Shown here: positions 14,031 to 26,400 of the stretch, in pieces
How positions within the stretch are numbered: the first letter of the stretch is position 1
Layout of the letters: each line of letters opens with the position of its first letter
Notes under the pieces: model-generated
Seen by the model: only the letters and a program-made list of their open reading frames with translations
Database searches by the model: none
What the model was told of the DNA's origin: nothing
From: the human T2T-CHM13v2.0 reference genome, Homo sapiens
Strand: one strand, 5' to 3'
Length of the DNA: 64,000 nt
Assembly: GCF_009914755.1 (NCBI RefSeq)
Contig: NC_060928.1
Program-made: the position numbers and the translations under genes

Positions 14031-14997
14031 GCAAAAGCAAAAGATCTGAAGATCCGAATAGATATTTCTCACAGAAAACATACAAATGGCATCCAGGCAT
14101 ATAAAAATGTGCTCTACATCATTGTTCATAAGGGAAATCCAAGTCAAAAATACAATGATATGTCATCTTAAGTCAGTCAAAATGGCTTTATCCAAAAGAC
14201 AGGTAATAACAAATGTTGGCAAGGATGTGTAAAAAAGGGAACCTTTTTACACGGTTGGTGGGAATTCAAATTAGTACAACCACTATGGAGGACAGTTTAG
14301 AGGTCCCTCAAAAAACTGAAAAGAGAACTACCATATGATTCAGCAATCCCACCTCTAGGTATATACCCAAAGGAAAGGAAATTAATTTACCAAAGAAGTA
14401 TCTGCACTCTCACGTTCATTGTAGCATTATTCACAGTAGCCAAGATTTGGAATCAAAGTAAGTGTCCACTAACAGGTGAATGGAAAAATAAAATGTGGTA
14501 CATATACAAAATGGAGTACTACTCAGACATAAAAAGAAAAAGATCCTGTTATTTGCAACATTATGAATAGAACTGGAGAACATTATGTTAAGTAAAATAA
14601 ACCGGGCACATAAAGTCAAACTTCATATACTGTCATGCATTTGTGGAAGCTAACAATTAAAACAATTAAACTCATGGAGATAGGGAGTATATTAATGGTT
14701 AGGAGAGGCTAGGATGAGTAGTGGTGGTGAGGAGGTGGGGATGGTTAATGGGTGCAGAAATACAGTTAGATAAATAAGATCTAGTATTTGATAGCACAAC
14801 AGGATGACTACAGTGAACAATAATTTATGGTACATTTAAAAATAACCGACTGTATTGGAAAGTTCATAACAGAGAAATGATAAATGCTTGAGGTGATGCA
14901 TAACATATTACCCTGATGTGATTATTATACACTATATGCCTATATAAAAATATCTCATGTACCCCATAAATATATACACACAGAAGAATTAAAAATT
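8449..14997 (+). mobile_element. Near full-length L1MA1-3-type LINE-1 (5' UTR, ORF1, internally deleted ORF2, 3' UTR), inactive
   Basis: 5' UTR caccaaattgaacaactatccacac; ORF1-like about 10100-11050; endonuclease region (WKLNNML at 12187-12207); RT region; L1MA 3' UTR gatctagtatttgatagcacaacagg...ctcatgtaccccataaat; TSD aaaattagtaa(ctgg)ttgtc at about 8429-8448 and 14998-15013. Confidence 0.92.
13605..14027 (+). pseudogene. KRT8P: 5'-truncated keratin 8 processed pseudogene (tail domain + 3' UTR + polyA) nested in L1
   Basis: Frame from 13605 reads YGLGSSFGSSMGSSSFSRTSSTRAVVVKI*IRDGKLVSESPDVLPK, matching the KRT8 C-terminus (...SFSRTSSSRAVVVKKIETRDGKLVSESSDVLPK); AATAAA 13967-13972; A38 tail 13990-14027. 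Confidence 0.93.
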
Positions 14998-15377
14998 AAA
15001 ATTAGTAATTGTCCTTCATACAATTACCATTTAGAAAATATGATAGAGGCAAGTGAGCTAACTTACATCAAAACCTACAACAACAAAAAATAAAATGCAG
15101 AAATATTTTATAAGAAATATAATACCTGTATGCAAAAATAATAAACTGACTTAAAACCATATTTGGGGGCAATAAAATGGACAAACATACCAAAGATAAC
15201 TTTGCAAATATTAATGCAAAACAAATATTCTCAGACCAAAAATTTTAAACTACATAAATGAATTCCCAATATGTGTTAGATAGTGAGAATGACTGAAAAT
15301 TTAGAAAGCACAATAATCTTAATAAGGAAGTTTTTCCTATACAAATATTAATAAGTTTTAGAAATTTCATCTTTAAA

Positions 15378-15493
15378 ATCATTTTAAAATGATTTTAAAA
15401 TCATCATTTTAAAATGATTTTAAAATCATCATTTTAAAATGATTTTAAAATCATCATTTTAAAATGATTTTAAAATCATCATTTTAAAATGAT
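15378..15493. repeat. 25-bp AT-rich minisatellite, about 4.6 perfect copies, built from palindromes
   Basis: Unit ATCATTTTAAAATGATTTTAAAATC at 15378, 15403, 15428, 15453, partial at 15478. Confidence 0.95.
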
Positions 15494-15705
15494 GAAAAAA
15501 TAAAAAGTTAGAGTGAGGGGAAATAAACTAAATGAGATATAATAATTAAAATTAATGTTACAAAATATTAATCTGTGCATAAAAGTACTCACTAAATAAT
15601 GACCAGAAGACTGATTAGCTTTTTAATCTGAAATAAATCTTCATTTTAAACAAAGAATTTTAAAATTTAAAATATTAGCAACAATTTTTTTTTTTTTACT
15701 ATATA

Positions 15706-16049
15706 TAGTAGTGTGTCACGTAACATTTTGGTCACTAATGAATCACATATACCACTGTGGTCCCATAAGTTTATAACACATAATTCTACTGTATCTTCTC
15801 TATGTTTAGATACACAAATATTTAAATATTTACTACTGTGTTATAATTGGCTACAGTATTCAGTACAGGAACATGCTGTACAGGTTTATAAGATAGGAGC
15901 AATAGACAATACCATATAGTCTAGGTGTGTAAGTAGCAGGCTACACTATCTCAGTTTGTCTAAGTACTCTATGATGTTCACATGACAATGACATCACCTA
16001 ACAATGCATTTCTCAGACCTTATCCCTGTCATTAAGCAACAAATGACTG
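15706..16049 (+). mobile_element. Tigger3a/MER7A-type non-autonomous TcMar transposon
   Basis: ggtcccataag, ctatgtttagatacacaaat, acagtattcagtacag.aacatgctgtacaggttt, terminal attaagcaacaaatgactg followed by TA. Confidence 0.85.
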
Positions 16050-16486
16050 TATTCCTCTTATAGTATGTATACAAAATGAAATTACATAAAATAAATATTT
16101 AGCTTTTTAAATAACTTTTTAAAGACAAGTTTTGATTTACCTTTTATGACTATATAGTTTGTAAATGTATTTGTTACCTATACATTATTTAGCCACATCA
16201 GAATAACAGAGTCCTAAGTAAAGATTAAATATCAACAAACTCTTCTAGTGTTGACAGTGTTACAAAAGCTACAAAATATGAGAATCTAAAGACATTTTCT
16301 AGGGATAACAAAATGTTTTGACTTTATATTCACTGATATTCTGCTAATGAGACAAGTACCAAATGCTGATTTCTCTGCTACTTTTCAGATAGCATTTGTC
16401 ATTAAACTGTTAATAATGATAATTTTTTTTTACCTAAAGGAATATTAGGTTTGTGGATTTTCTCAAGTTACTAAGCAAGGGTAGGT

Positions 16487-16660
16487 CTTCTCTTTCCTTT
16501 TCTCTGCCTCCCTCCCTGCCTCTCTCCTTCCTTCCCTCCCTCCCTCCCTCTATCCAATGGATTATAAATCTCTTTCCTTTCCTTTCCCTCCCTGACTTCC
16601 TCCCTCCCTCCCTTCCTTCCTTTCTTCCTCTCTTTCTCCAGTTGGTTATGAATCTTTCTT
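16487..16660. repeat. CT-rich low-complexity tract, two diverged units
   Basis: Polypyrimidine runs ending in ccaatggattataaatctc and ccagttggttatgaatctt. Confidence 0.8.
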
Positions 16661-17801
16661 TTATGGAAGATTTTATACTGAAATAAATAGACTTTATATG
16701 AAGAGAAGACAATTCTACATTAATTTGTTTTTGTCTTGCTGTAATTTTTTTCCACGAATTGTTTGATATTGTTCATGACAGCAAGCTAGAAACCACTGCA
16801 TGGCTAGAGGTAGTGGCTAATGCAGAGAAAGAGGGAAGACAAAGAGGGCATATGGAAAGCAATATAATTCTGATACCAGCATATTTCACAAAAACTATGA
16901 ACTAACCTATACATTTATATTTTTTATTTGTATTCTTCACTCTATTGTAAACCTTCTTCCCCCAGTGAGTGAAAATATGTATATTTGAGATAAATTACTT
17001 AATATCATAGAGAGGAGTGTAAACCCCAGGTAGTTTTTCTTGAAATCTATTATTGAAAATTAATATGTTACAGATAGGCGTTAATTTTTCTAAGGCCATA
17101 GATAATTTACATAGCATCTTATATATATTTATGTGTATGTATGTATATATTTAAATACACACACATATAGATATATAAGATGCTATGTAAATATACATAC
17201 ATACATACACACACATGTATATATGATAAAGAAAATTAACAGGAGCTAAAGTAATATAATTGTTAAGAACCAGAGGAGAAGATATGATGAAAGTAAAGGG
17301 AAGACAATTTGATGCACATCCTTGCACCCAAGAGACAGTATTAGTCACTCTGTAGAAGACAATATTGTGAAAGTTATTTCAAGTGAATATTGATAGAAAT
17401 AAGTTTTTTCTTTAAAAATGAAAATTAGTGTATATCTTCACAACCAAGAGTTAACACAATTGTGAGATATTCAGAAAAGTCATTAATTTGAGGATATATT
17501 TTTAGCCTTTTAAATAAAACCAAATATAATTTGGTCAAACCAGTGAATTACAGAGTAAATCAGTAATCAGATGAAGGCTTCATATATGAATTATTTAAAC
17601 TGATTTATTTGCTAATGGATTAATTTTACTGTAGTTCATGGGTACAAAATTGATCAGATTCAATAGGCATAAATTTTAATTGGACAAGTGAGGTATGCCA
17701 CAATAAAAAATTAAAATGTACTTGCATACATACCTGACATGCAACACACATATAAATATTCATATTAACACCATACATGCAGATAAGAGAAGAACCTGTA
17801 A

Positions 17802-17994
<193 letters not shown>

Positions 17995-18199
17995 TGATAG
18001 TAACTTTTTTATTATATTAGCTCTTTTGCTAGTTACATGACTGCACTTTTTTTGAGGTAATGTTAGCAATTCATTTATAACTTACTAAGTTTGAGATAAC
18101 TGTTAGATAATCAGGAAAATACATTGTCCTAATAGTAATTTTGTATGTCATAAAGAAGAAATTTCCTGCATAGAGATAAAATTATATGAAATTATGGGT

Positions 18200-19500
18200 A
18201 TTTAAAGAATATAAGGCCGTGAGTAGAACATGGGAGTGAGTGATGATAAGAAAAAGTTTCCAAGACTAAGTCATAGAACAGTCTAACGTCCAAAGTTGAA
18301 TTTGTGAAATGCACACACAAAAAATACTCAGAATGAACAGATAATAAGACAAGAAAATCCAGTAAATTTGAAGTCTGGAATGCCCTGGTTTTTAAAAGTG
18401 TTTTACAAAGTGATTTCCATTGGATCTAGCAATATAGAAGTAATGATAAGCTCAATGAAGTAAGATACATTGAAGCAATCAGAGAGAAGACTCTGCCTGG
18501 TATGTGTTCATAACACAATGGAAGAGAGCAAAAATAGAGACAACCATTGTAGAAGAATATTTTGAGAGTTTTACAGTAGAGAAATGAAGAGGAAGGGAGA
18601 GCTGCAAGTGGAGTCAGGAAATGTTTTGTTTGGTTTTGTTCTTGAGGTTGCATAAATTAAAAAAGTTCTTAAATGTTGAAAGGATTGATTTAGTGAAAGG
18701 AAAAAGTTGATGAAAAGGGAAACTACTGGAGTAATGTCTTTAACTGCAAGAATGGAGGGCATCTAATGAACTAGCAGAGTGTTTGACCTTTGAACAAAAT
18801 CCAGACAGTCCATCCATAGTAATAAGGGAAGTCAAAGTACACAGACAGAGATCAAGTAAGTGTTAGATATGGTCGTGGTAGCTTTTGGAATTTGTTGTCC
18901 TGCTTTTTTTTTTTTTTTTTCTATTTTATCAGTGAATTAGGAAGCAAGACATCTACTGAGAGTAAGGTTAGGGGAAATAGTGTTGAAGATTTTAGAAGAG
19001 ATTTAGATTTTAGAAACAAACAAATATTATAAGAGAGGGGGATAGTGATGGACAATAAAATGTAGGATGAACAGAAACATTAAGAGCTTTAGAATTATTG
19101 GTCACTAATTTACTTGGAAACAGTCTGCATGTTTGTTTGCTTTTTCTCTACAGCCACATTGAGCTAGTGCCAAAGAGAGTAAGATAATAGTAACTGTGAG
19201 GTTGTTTTCCTAAATGAATAAAATGAAAGGACATAGGGAAATGGAATTTCAGATGAAAATGACAGATGAGATTTATGATGTGCAAAGACGGAAGTGAGAT
19301 AGTGAAGTGAAGCTACTGACTGACTGAAAAACTAGCGGCATCAATGGATTATAAATCCTGATAAAGGAAGACACTTACAGAAGTCAGGATACTAGAAGAG
19401 ATCATCCAGAAAAATAGTTGCTGAGGATGTGAAACTACTCTTGAGATTGAGACTGGCGAGATGTTGCAGTTACTGGTATCCAACACCACCTGTGGTATGA
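18200..19500 (-). mobile_element. L2 LINE relic
   Basis: Purine-rich L2-like motifs: ccattggatctagcaatatagaagt, ttttgagagttttacagtagag, ctattttatcagtgaattaggaagcaagacatctactgagagt. Confidence 0.6.
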
Positions 19501-19566
19501 CTAGCAAAGTAAGTGGTCACTATTGTGCCATTGTGCTAATGTTCTAGTAGTGGAGACACATAAAAC

Positions 19567-19609
19567 ATATATATATATATATATATATATATTTTTATAT
19601 AATATATAT

Positions 19610-19659
<50 letters not shown>

Positions 19660-19664
19660 ACACA
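19567..19664. repeat. (TA)n/(CA)n compound microsatellite
   Basis: Seen directly. Confidence 0.9.
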
Positions 19665-19856
19665 ATTTCCTTAAAATCCTGGAACATGGTAACGGCTCAA
19701 TTAAAAAAAAAGTTCCATGAGTTAATAAATGAGAGAATACATATATGATAATAAGCATCAAGACTGATTAATATTAACTTAAAATTTTCTCTGGTTTTCA
19801 CTTAATATTGAGAAAGCTTTTAATCACAGAACATGGATCTACTATTAAAATGTCAA

Positions 19857-20075
19857 TGTTATAATAGGCAAAGACTACCGGGAACAGTCCTTTTGTTAAA
19901 CAAATTGTGTGTATCACCTCTGGCAGCAAGAAAGAACACACAACATGGGGAAATATGGTATCCTGAAAAGAGGGTGTTAGCAAGAACCTGGTAAAGTACT
20001 GAAGTTTTTGGTGGGTGATTTGGAGGAGGTTCTAAAGAATCAGAAGTTTGCCCTAAATTGCATGCTGTTAGAAGG
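19857..20075. mobile_element. Probable old LTR fragment, family uncertain
   Basis: Begins TGTTATAAT; gcagcaagaaagaacacacaacatgggga...aagagggtgttag resembles ancient LTR consensus sequences. Confidence 0.35.
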
Positions 20076-20264
20076 GGATGGGAGGTTTGGAAATGTGTAT
20101 TTCATTACAGCTTTGCCTTATGTTCTCTCTCCTAATTGCAACTTTGCATCAGTCCATTTGCTATTATATTTTTAATGTACTACTTTTTCCTGGGAGATGT
20201 CTTATAAGAATATCATAACTTTTACCTATTGAACATTGCAAAAATTAGTTCAAAGGTAGTTTTA

Positions 20265-20632
<368 letters not shown>

Positions 20633-20679
20633 CTGACAAAAGACGATTTGTTGCAATAAGGTGCAAAATTATAAACAAG

Positions 20680-21118
20680 ACCTAAGGCTATCCAAAGTAA
20701 AGATTACATCATGCCTGCAGGGCATCAATTTTGCTAAACAGGTTGTTTTGACTGACTCTGAGATTGCATACTTAACTTAAACATTCCTCTCTGCTGACTC
20801 CTAGTTGTAGATAGGGACTTACTCCTTTAACCAATTGCAAATTAAGAATCTCTGAATTCACCTATATCCTATCAGCCCCTGCTTCCTGATATCATGCCCT
20901 TTCCAGCTGAACCAGTGTATATCTTCCAAGCATTGATTTATGCCTTTGCCTATAACTCCTGCCTCTCTAAAATGTATAAAACCAAATTGTGATCTAACCA
21001 CCTTGGGCACCCTTTCTCACTCCTTGAGCCTGTGTTTCCCTGGGCTATGGTAATTTATATTGACTCAAACTAAACCCCTTTAAAGTATTTTAAAGAGTTT
21101 TTTTTTTTTTCATGAACA
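20680..21118 (+). mobile_element. MER4-group (ERV1) LTR, partial/solo
   Basis: ctttaaccaattgcaaat, gaaccagtgtatatcttcc..cattgatttatg, aaaatgtataaaacc, accaccttgggcac; ends ...aaca. Confidence 0.7.
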
Positions 21119-21299
21119 TTCTGTGGAGCACATGTGGTTAGTTCAGCGTAGTTCAAGGAGTAAACTGTAACAGATCCTATTCATACTCCACCCAATATTT
21201 TACATGCTTGTCTGTGTTTACCTATAGCTGTACTTAAACATTCCTGTACATTAAGTATGTTTCTGGCACTGTCTCCTTTCCTTTTCAAGACCTGTGTTT

Positions 21300-21677
21300 C
21301 TCTTATTTACTGTCTGGAAGTATTTTCCAGCACCATATTATTTTGTACAGTTGCATTCAGATAAAATCCTTAAATATGGAATTTCCCTCCAACAATGAAG
21401 GATGGAAGTTATTGAATATATACTCCACCCTCCAAGCCCTTTAATGGAATGAATCCAAGATTTATCTCACACGGTTTCTCAGAGTTGCTAATAGACTGAA
21501 TTCTGGTTGAATGATTGTTAATGTATATTAATAAAATGTGTATTTTATTGTGTTTCTCTTTTTCTCTTACTTTGCCTGTTTCTCTGCTTTTGTTTTCTGG
21601 AATCATATCCAAAATCAACTAATGAATCCAAGTTCTTGACTCAATTTCTACTATGGAAGAAAACCTAAACTAAGACA
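21300..21677 (+). mobile_element. LTR16-like (ERVL) LTR relic
   Basis: Characteristic 3' end ...aaacctaaactaagaca; 5' boundary approximate. Confidence 0.55.
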
Positions 21678-23029
21678 AAATCAGTACAAGTCGATTTGAA
21701 AACAAAAGGGGGAGTGGGTGGGTAGATATTTACCTAATTATGTGAAGGATGGCAAGGAGTCTACAAGTTGAGAAATGAGGAGCAAAGTATTCCTGTTAAA
21801 GAAATCAGTTTATGAGAAAATAGTGAGTTGTAAAAAAAATTACAAAAAAGAGAGACTATAACAGAAACTGATAGCAAACGAATGTGGTTTTATTATAGTG
21901 ATTGGTGGGGAGATTGACAGAAGATTTTAGAGAACTAGACAGAGGCCATAGTAATGGTTTTGAGTTTTGAATTAAATTAAATAGAAAAATCATTGCACAT
22001 TTATAAGCACAGGAAATAAATAAGAAATTGTAATACTTCCTGATGTTCTGCAATCCACCAGGAAAGATTAAATTGATAGGGCATCCAAGAAAAGTTGTTT
22101 TAAGCTTGAATATATAGCAGTTAGTTTGGGAGTAAATGTATATGCTGAGGAAGAAAGTGGTGTTCCAGAAACGGAGAGGAAAAAACAGACATTTCTCAAT
22201 ATGTGAATAATAGGAGGACAAATCGGCCAATCTCTGGGAAAAGACAACACAGTTAAAATGTAAAATACACATAGTCTTTCACCCATTTTTAGTAATATAT
22301 ATATATATGCGTGTGTATATATCACTCTATTATATACTATTTATGTAATATATTTACATATTTGTGATAAACATAATGATTTAAATATATAATATGTATT
22401 ATATATATTTATATACTTATAGAAACAAAAATTGTATATATACATGCATATATTGCTTGTAAATTTGTGGAATAATGCACGCACAAGAGTATTCATTGAA
22501 AAGTTTTAAAGAGCATAAAACCTGAAACAACCTATATGGTCAAACTCCTATAGATTATGAGACATTTATAAAATGGTATATTATTCAGTCATTACAAAGG
22601 AAAACAAAACTGATCTATGTTGATCCCAATTATATTACCTGAAAAAAGCGAGGGACAGAAAGTTTTTGTAGTTTGCTGCCTTTCATACAATATCCTATGT
22701 TATCTAGTACACATAAAATGCAAACTTTAATAAACTCATTAGTTAATTTCAGCATTATTTGCTCTTTCTATGAGAAGAACTCTCACACCAAGAAATAGAG
22801 CAGTGAAAAGTTTACCAAACTATAGCCTACTGTTTTGTATTAGTAGTAATGTTACAGATATCAAAAGCATTGTGTCTTACAAGATTCTGCCTCTTTTAAT
22901 TTTAAAATGACCTGTTGAATTTTAAGTCAACAGAATTTTGACTCTATACTCTATCATTTTTAACTGTGGGGTTTTGTTGATTCTTCTGCCTTCATTCTCT
23001 TAGGTTTTCTTTCATTTTGGAGTTTCTAT

Positions 23030-23454
23030 TGTGAAAGGAAAATATCTTGGGCCCCTTCAAGCTGGGACCTACTTAAGACAAATCTGCCTCCCACTCTATT
23101 CAAAATCATTCCTCTGCTCACAGAGATAGATGCATATTGTGATTGCCTCTTTTGGAAAGACATATCAGAAACTCAAAAAATGCAATTCATTTGTATTTCA
23201 CTTACTTGGAAGTCCCCTTGGGGAGCAGGATTGGGAGCCTTGCTTTGAGTTGTCCCCGCCTTTCTGGATGGAACTAATGTACTATTTACATATATTAATT
23301 GATGTCTCATGTCTCTATAAAATGTGTGAAACCAAGCTGTGCCCCGACCATCTTGGGCACATGTCCTGAGACTATGTCACAGGCATGTCCTCAACCTTGG
23401 CAAAATAAACTTTCCAAATTAACTGAGACCTGTCTCAGATTTTCTGGTTTCACA
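23030..23454 (+). mobile_element. MER4A/MER4A1 5' LTR
   Basis: TGTGAAAGGAAAATATCTTGGGCCCC...gagatagatgcata...aaccaagctgtgccccgaccatcttgggcacatgtc...aataaac...CACA. Confidence 0.9.
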
Positions 23455-26400
23455 TTTTGGTAATCACGGAGGGATTCTGAGCGGAGATGCTCCTGACTTT
23501 TGACAAATCTCCTATTGGTGCTTGGTACCAACATGAGCTAACTTTATCACTCAAACCAATAGGAAAAATTGCTGAGGTCTGGGAGCACTCCCTCCAGAGA
23601 ATCCCTGATCTCCCAAAATTTGGTCCAGATTTAAAGCTTTTTTTGCTGCATAACTCCTCTTTTTTTTTTTTTTTTTGGAGTTTTACTTGCTTCCAACTCA
23701 ATGAAGCCAAGTTTGTCTGGCTTCCATGATGATGGAAGGTAGGTAACACCTTTACGGAGTTTGAGCTCTCTTCCAACAGGGAAAATGAGATTTGTTTTTT
23801 GTTTGTTTGTTTGTTTGTTTTTTGCCTCTAGGATGGTAGAGAGCAGTCGTCAGCTTGAGATGCATCCCTAGGTAAGTAATTGAATTGGGGTTTGTCTTGC
23901 CTACAGTTAAGATTAACAACCAGGTGGTCTTAATTTCTTCTTACCATTAGAGTGCTCAGTGATCATATTGTTGGGGTTTTTTTGTTGTTTGTTCTCATCT
24001 GAAGTTGTTGTTTAATGATCCTAGTTCTAGTTCAAAGGTGCAGTCTAAAGGATCTTCTCTATTGCTTTTAATCCCAAATTTAATCTTAATTTGGTTTGTT
24101 TGTGTGCATTTAAATAAGGAATTGAAATGTTGCTTTTATATGTTAATGAAAAGCTGGGTTTTCTCAGCTCCCAAAAGAAAGGTCATTTTGCTTCTATCAG
24201 CCAAAAGGCACCCCTGGGTGACCGGGGTCTCGTGGGAGTGTGTGTTGGGTTGACACCCCACAACATGCAGTAGCCCTGCAGGGAAATCCACAACAAAAAA
24301 TTAATTTAAGAATGGCTTGTCCAGGAAACACATATAAGGTCTGATCAATCACCCAGTGTTTTGAGCCCTCTCTGAGGTCATAGACCTCTGGAGAGAAAAA
24401 CTGAGGCAAGTAAAAGGGTGGAAATGACTCAATGGTGACATACTGTGGAGTCCTGCCCACAAACAGCACATAGCGATTCACCACACAAAAACCCTAGACC
24501 ACAGTTCAGTTCCTCCTTTTAAGAAAAAAAAAAAAAAGCAGAAACAAATATCTAAGATGTGGAGAAGACAAGGAGAATGACCCCCTTTGGAGCACTCCAT
24601 AGGTTTAATGGCACCTCTACTTGCCAAAATTTATGGAAAATATAAATTATATCGTCTTTGTGCACATTTACATTAAGGAAAAAGAGCCTTAAGTTAAACC
24701 TGCAAACTATAGAGTTCCTAAGTCCTCTTTTGCTCTATTTTTTTCTGTTCTGCCTGCTCTAAATCCGCTGCTATCTTTCTATTAAGATAAAAACCACTAT
24801 TTAGATTCAACAAGTTCTTTTTGCAATCTGGTAAACTTGTATTTATCTCATGGCTAAAAGTTCTGAAGTAAAAGCTATCGGATATTTGTGTGTATGTATG
24901 TGCATGTGTGTGTGTTTATATTTTAAAGGCCTTTATCATTTATATAATCAAAATTTTTTCTCTCTGCAGCTTATACTGTAAATTTTGCTATTTGACTTCC
25001 ACCTGAGTTTCTTCCTATAATATGCAAATTTAAGACTATTTAGCTAACAACTGCCCAGGGTTATAAAACAGATTATCAAGAATCTGAAAGTGGAAGATAA
25101 GAAAATTTAAAAAAGGTTTTTATGAATCTACAAAATGTACTCCTATTGGCATGCCTAATACGTCTATGTATTTATATGTTGTGTACACTATATTTCACTA
25201 TTAAAAATATATAAAACAGCTGTAATTGGCAAAAAATAAAAGCACCTAAATCAGATACTAAAAGAGAAAAGACTAGTCAATGCTTTTTCAAGTTTATGTA
25301 ACTTAAGTCAAATCTTTAATAAATAAGCTACCTTTAAAATTATTGGTAAAGTAATATTAGAAATGTCTTAAGAATTGCCAGCATACATTTTTGTTTGCAT
25401 TTATTAATCAAACTATTTTATACTTATCCCTGCCAAATACTATAAGGTGTCAAAATTTGGCACAGGGTTTACAAAACTATAAACCCAGCCCAATACAGAA
25501 TGATCTTTGCTTGTGTAATTTATAATAAATAAGACAATGATATAGGTTTAAAGAAAATAGCTTCATCTTAAATTTAGTAAGATTACCATAACTTGTAATC
25601 TTGTGGCTTAGGCAGTTTAGCCCACAGGCAATAAGGAGGTTTGTTTTGGGAAAGGACTGTTATAGTCTTTGTTTCAAACTAAACTATAAAATAAGTTACT
25701 TCCAAAGTTAGTTCAGCCTATGCCCAGAAATGAATAAGGACAGCTTAGAGATTAAGAGCAAGATAGAGTCATTTAGGTCAAATCATTTTTCACTTTCTCA
25801 GTTATAATTTCGCAATGGTGGTTTCATAATTTTAAATCAAGACTGCCACACTTTTCATAAATAATCTAGGTAAACAATAAAAATAAAATAATTAGGTAAA
25901 TGTAATGGGACAAATACTTGTAGACAAACTGGTCATAATTTAGAATATAAAGTTATATTAAATTAAATAATAGATATTTTGTTATTTGGGTATTTTTCAA
26001 TAAATATATTGTAGGAAAAATTCTTGCCAGAAAAGAAGTGTGTTCTTAAAAAAAAAAGTGAACATGTTTTGTCTAATTCAAAGCTTATTTAAAGCTTATG
26101 TACTAAACCAGGTAAAATGAACCAGAAAATAAAGAGATATAAAGGATGTTACAAAAATAAAGAGGTTTTTTTTAGTAATGAGAAAGCTGAAAATGAAATA
26201 ATTTTATAGGGAAAGAATCTTGCATAAAATATTTAGACCTAAAATAAAATGACTGGTTGTTTAAGAAGGAGGGATGTTCAGGACAAATCAGAAAGTCGAA
26301 GCATGTCATGAGTGGTTGGTGTAAGTCACAATGAGAGGATTTATATTTAAAAATAAAACTCAAAAGCTTTAATATGATCAAGTTGTCATATTATGAATAG

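Noticed and set aside
15378-15493. Palindromic direct repeats resembling a CRISPR array
   Set aside because: No spacers, no cas genes, and eukaryotic context; it is a minisatellite
21856-22272. 138-aa ORF
   Set aside because: AT-rich F/L/I/Y-biased chance ORF with no domain or splice support
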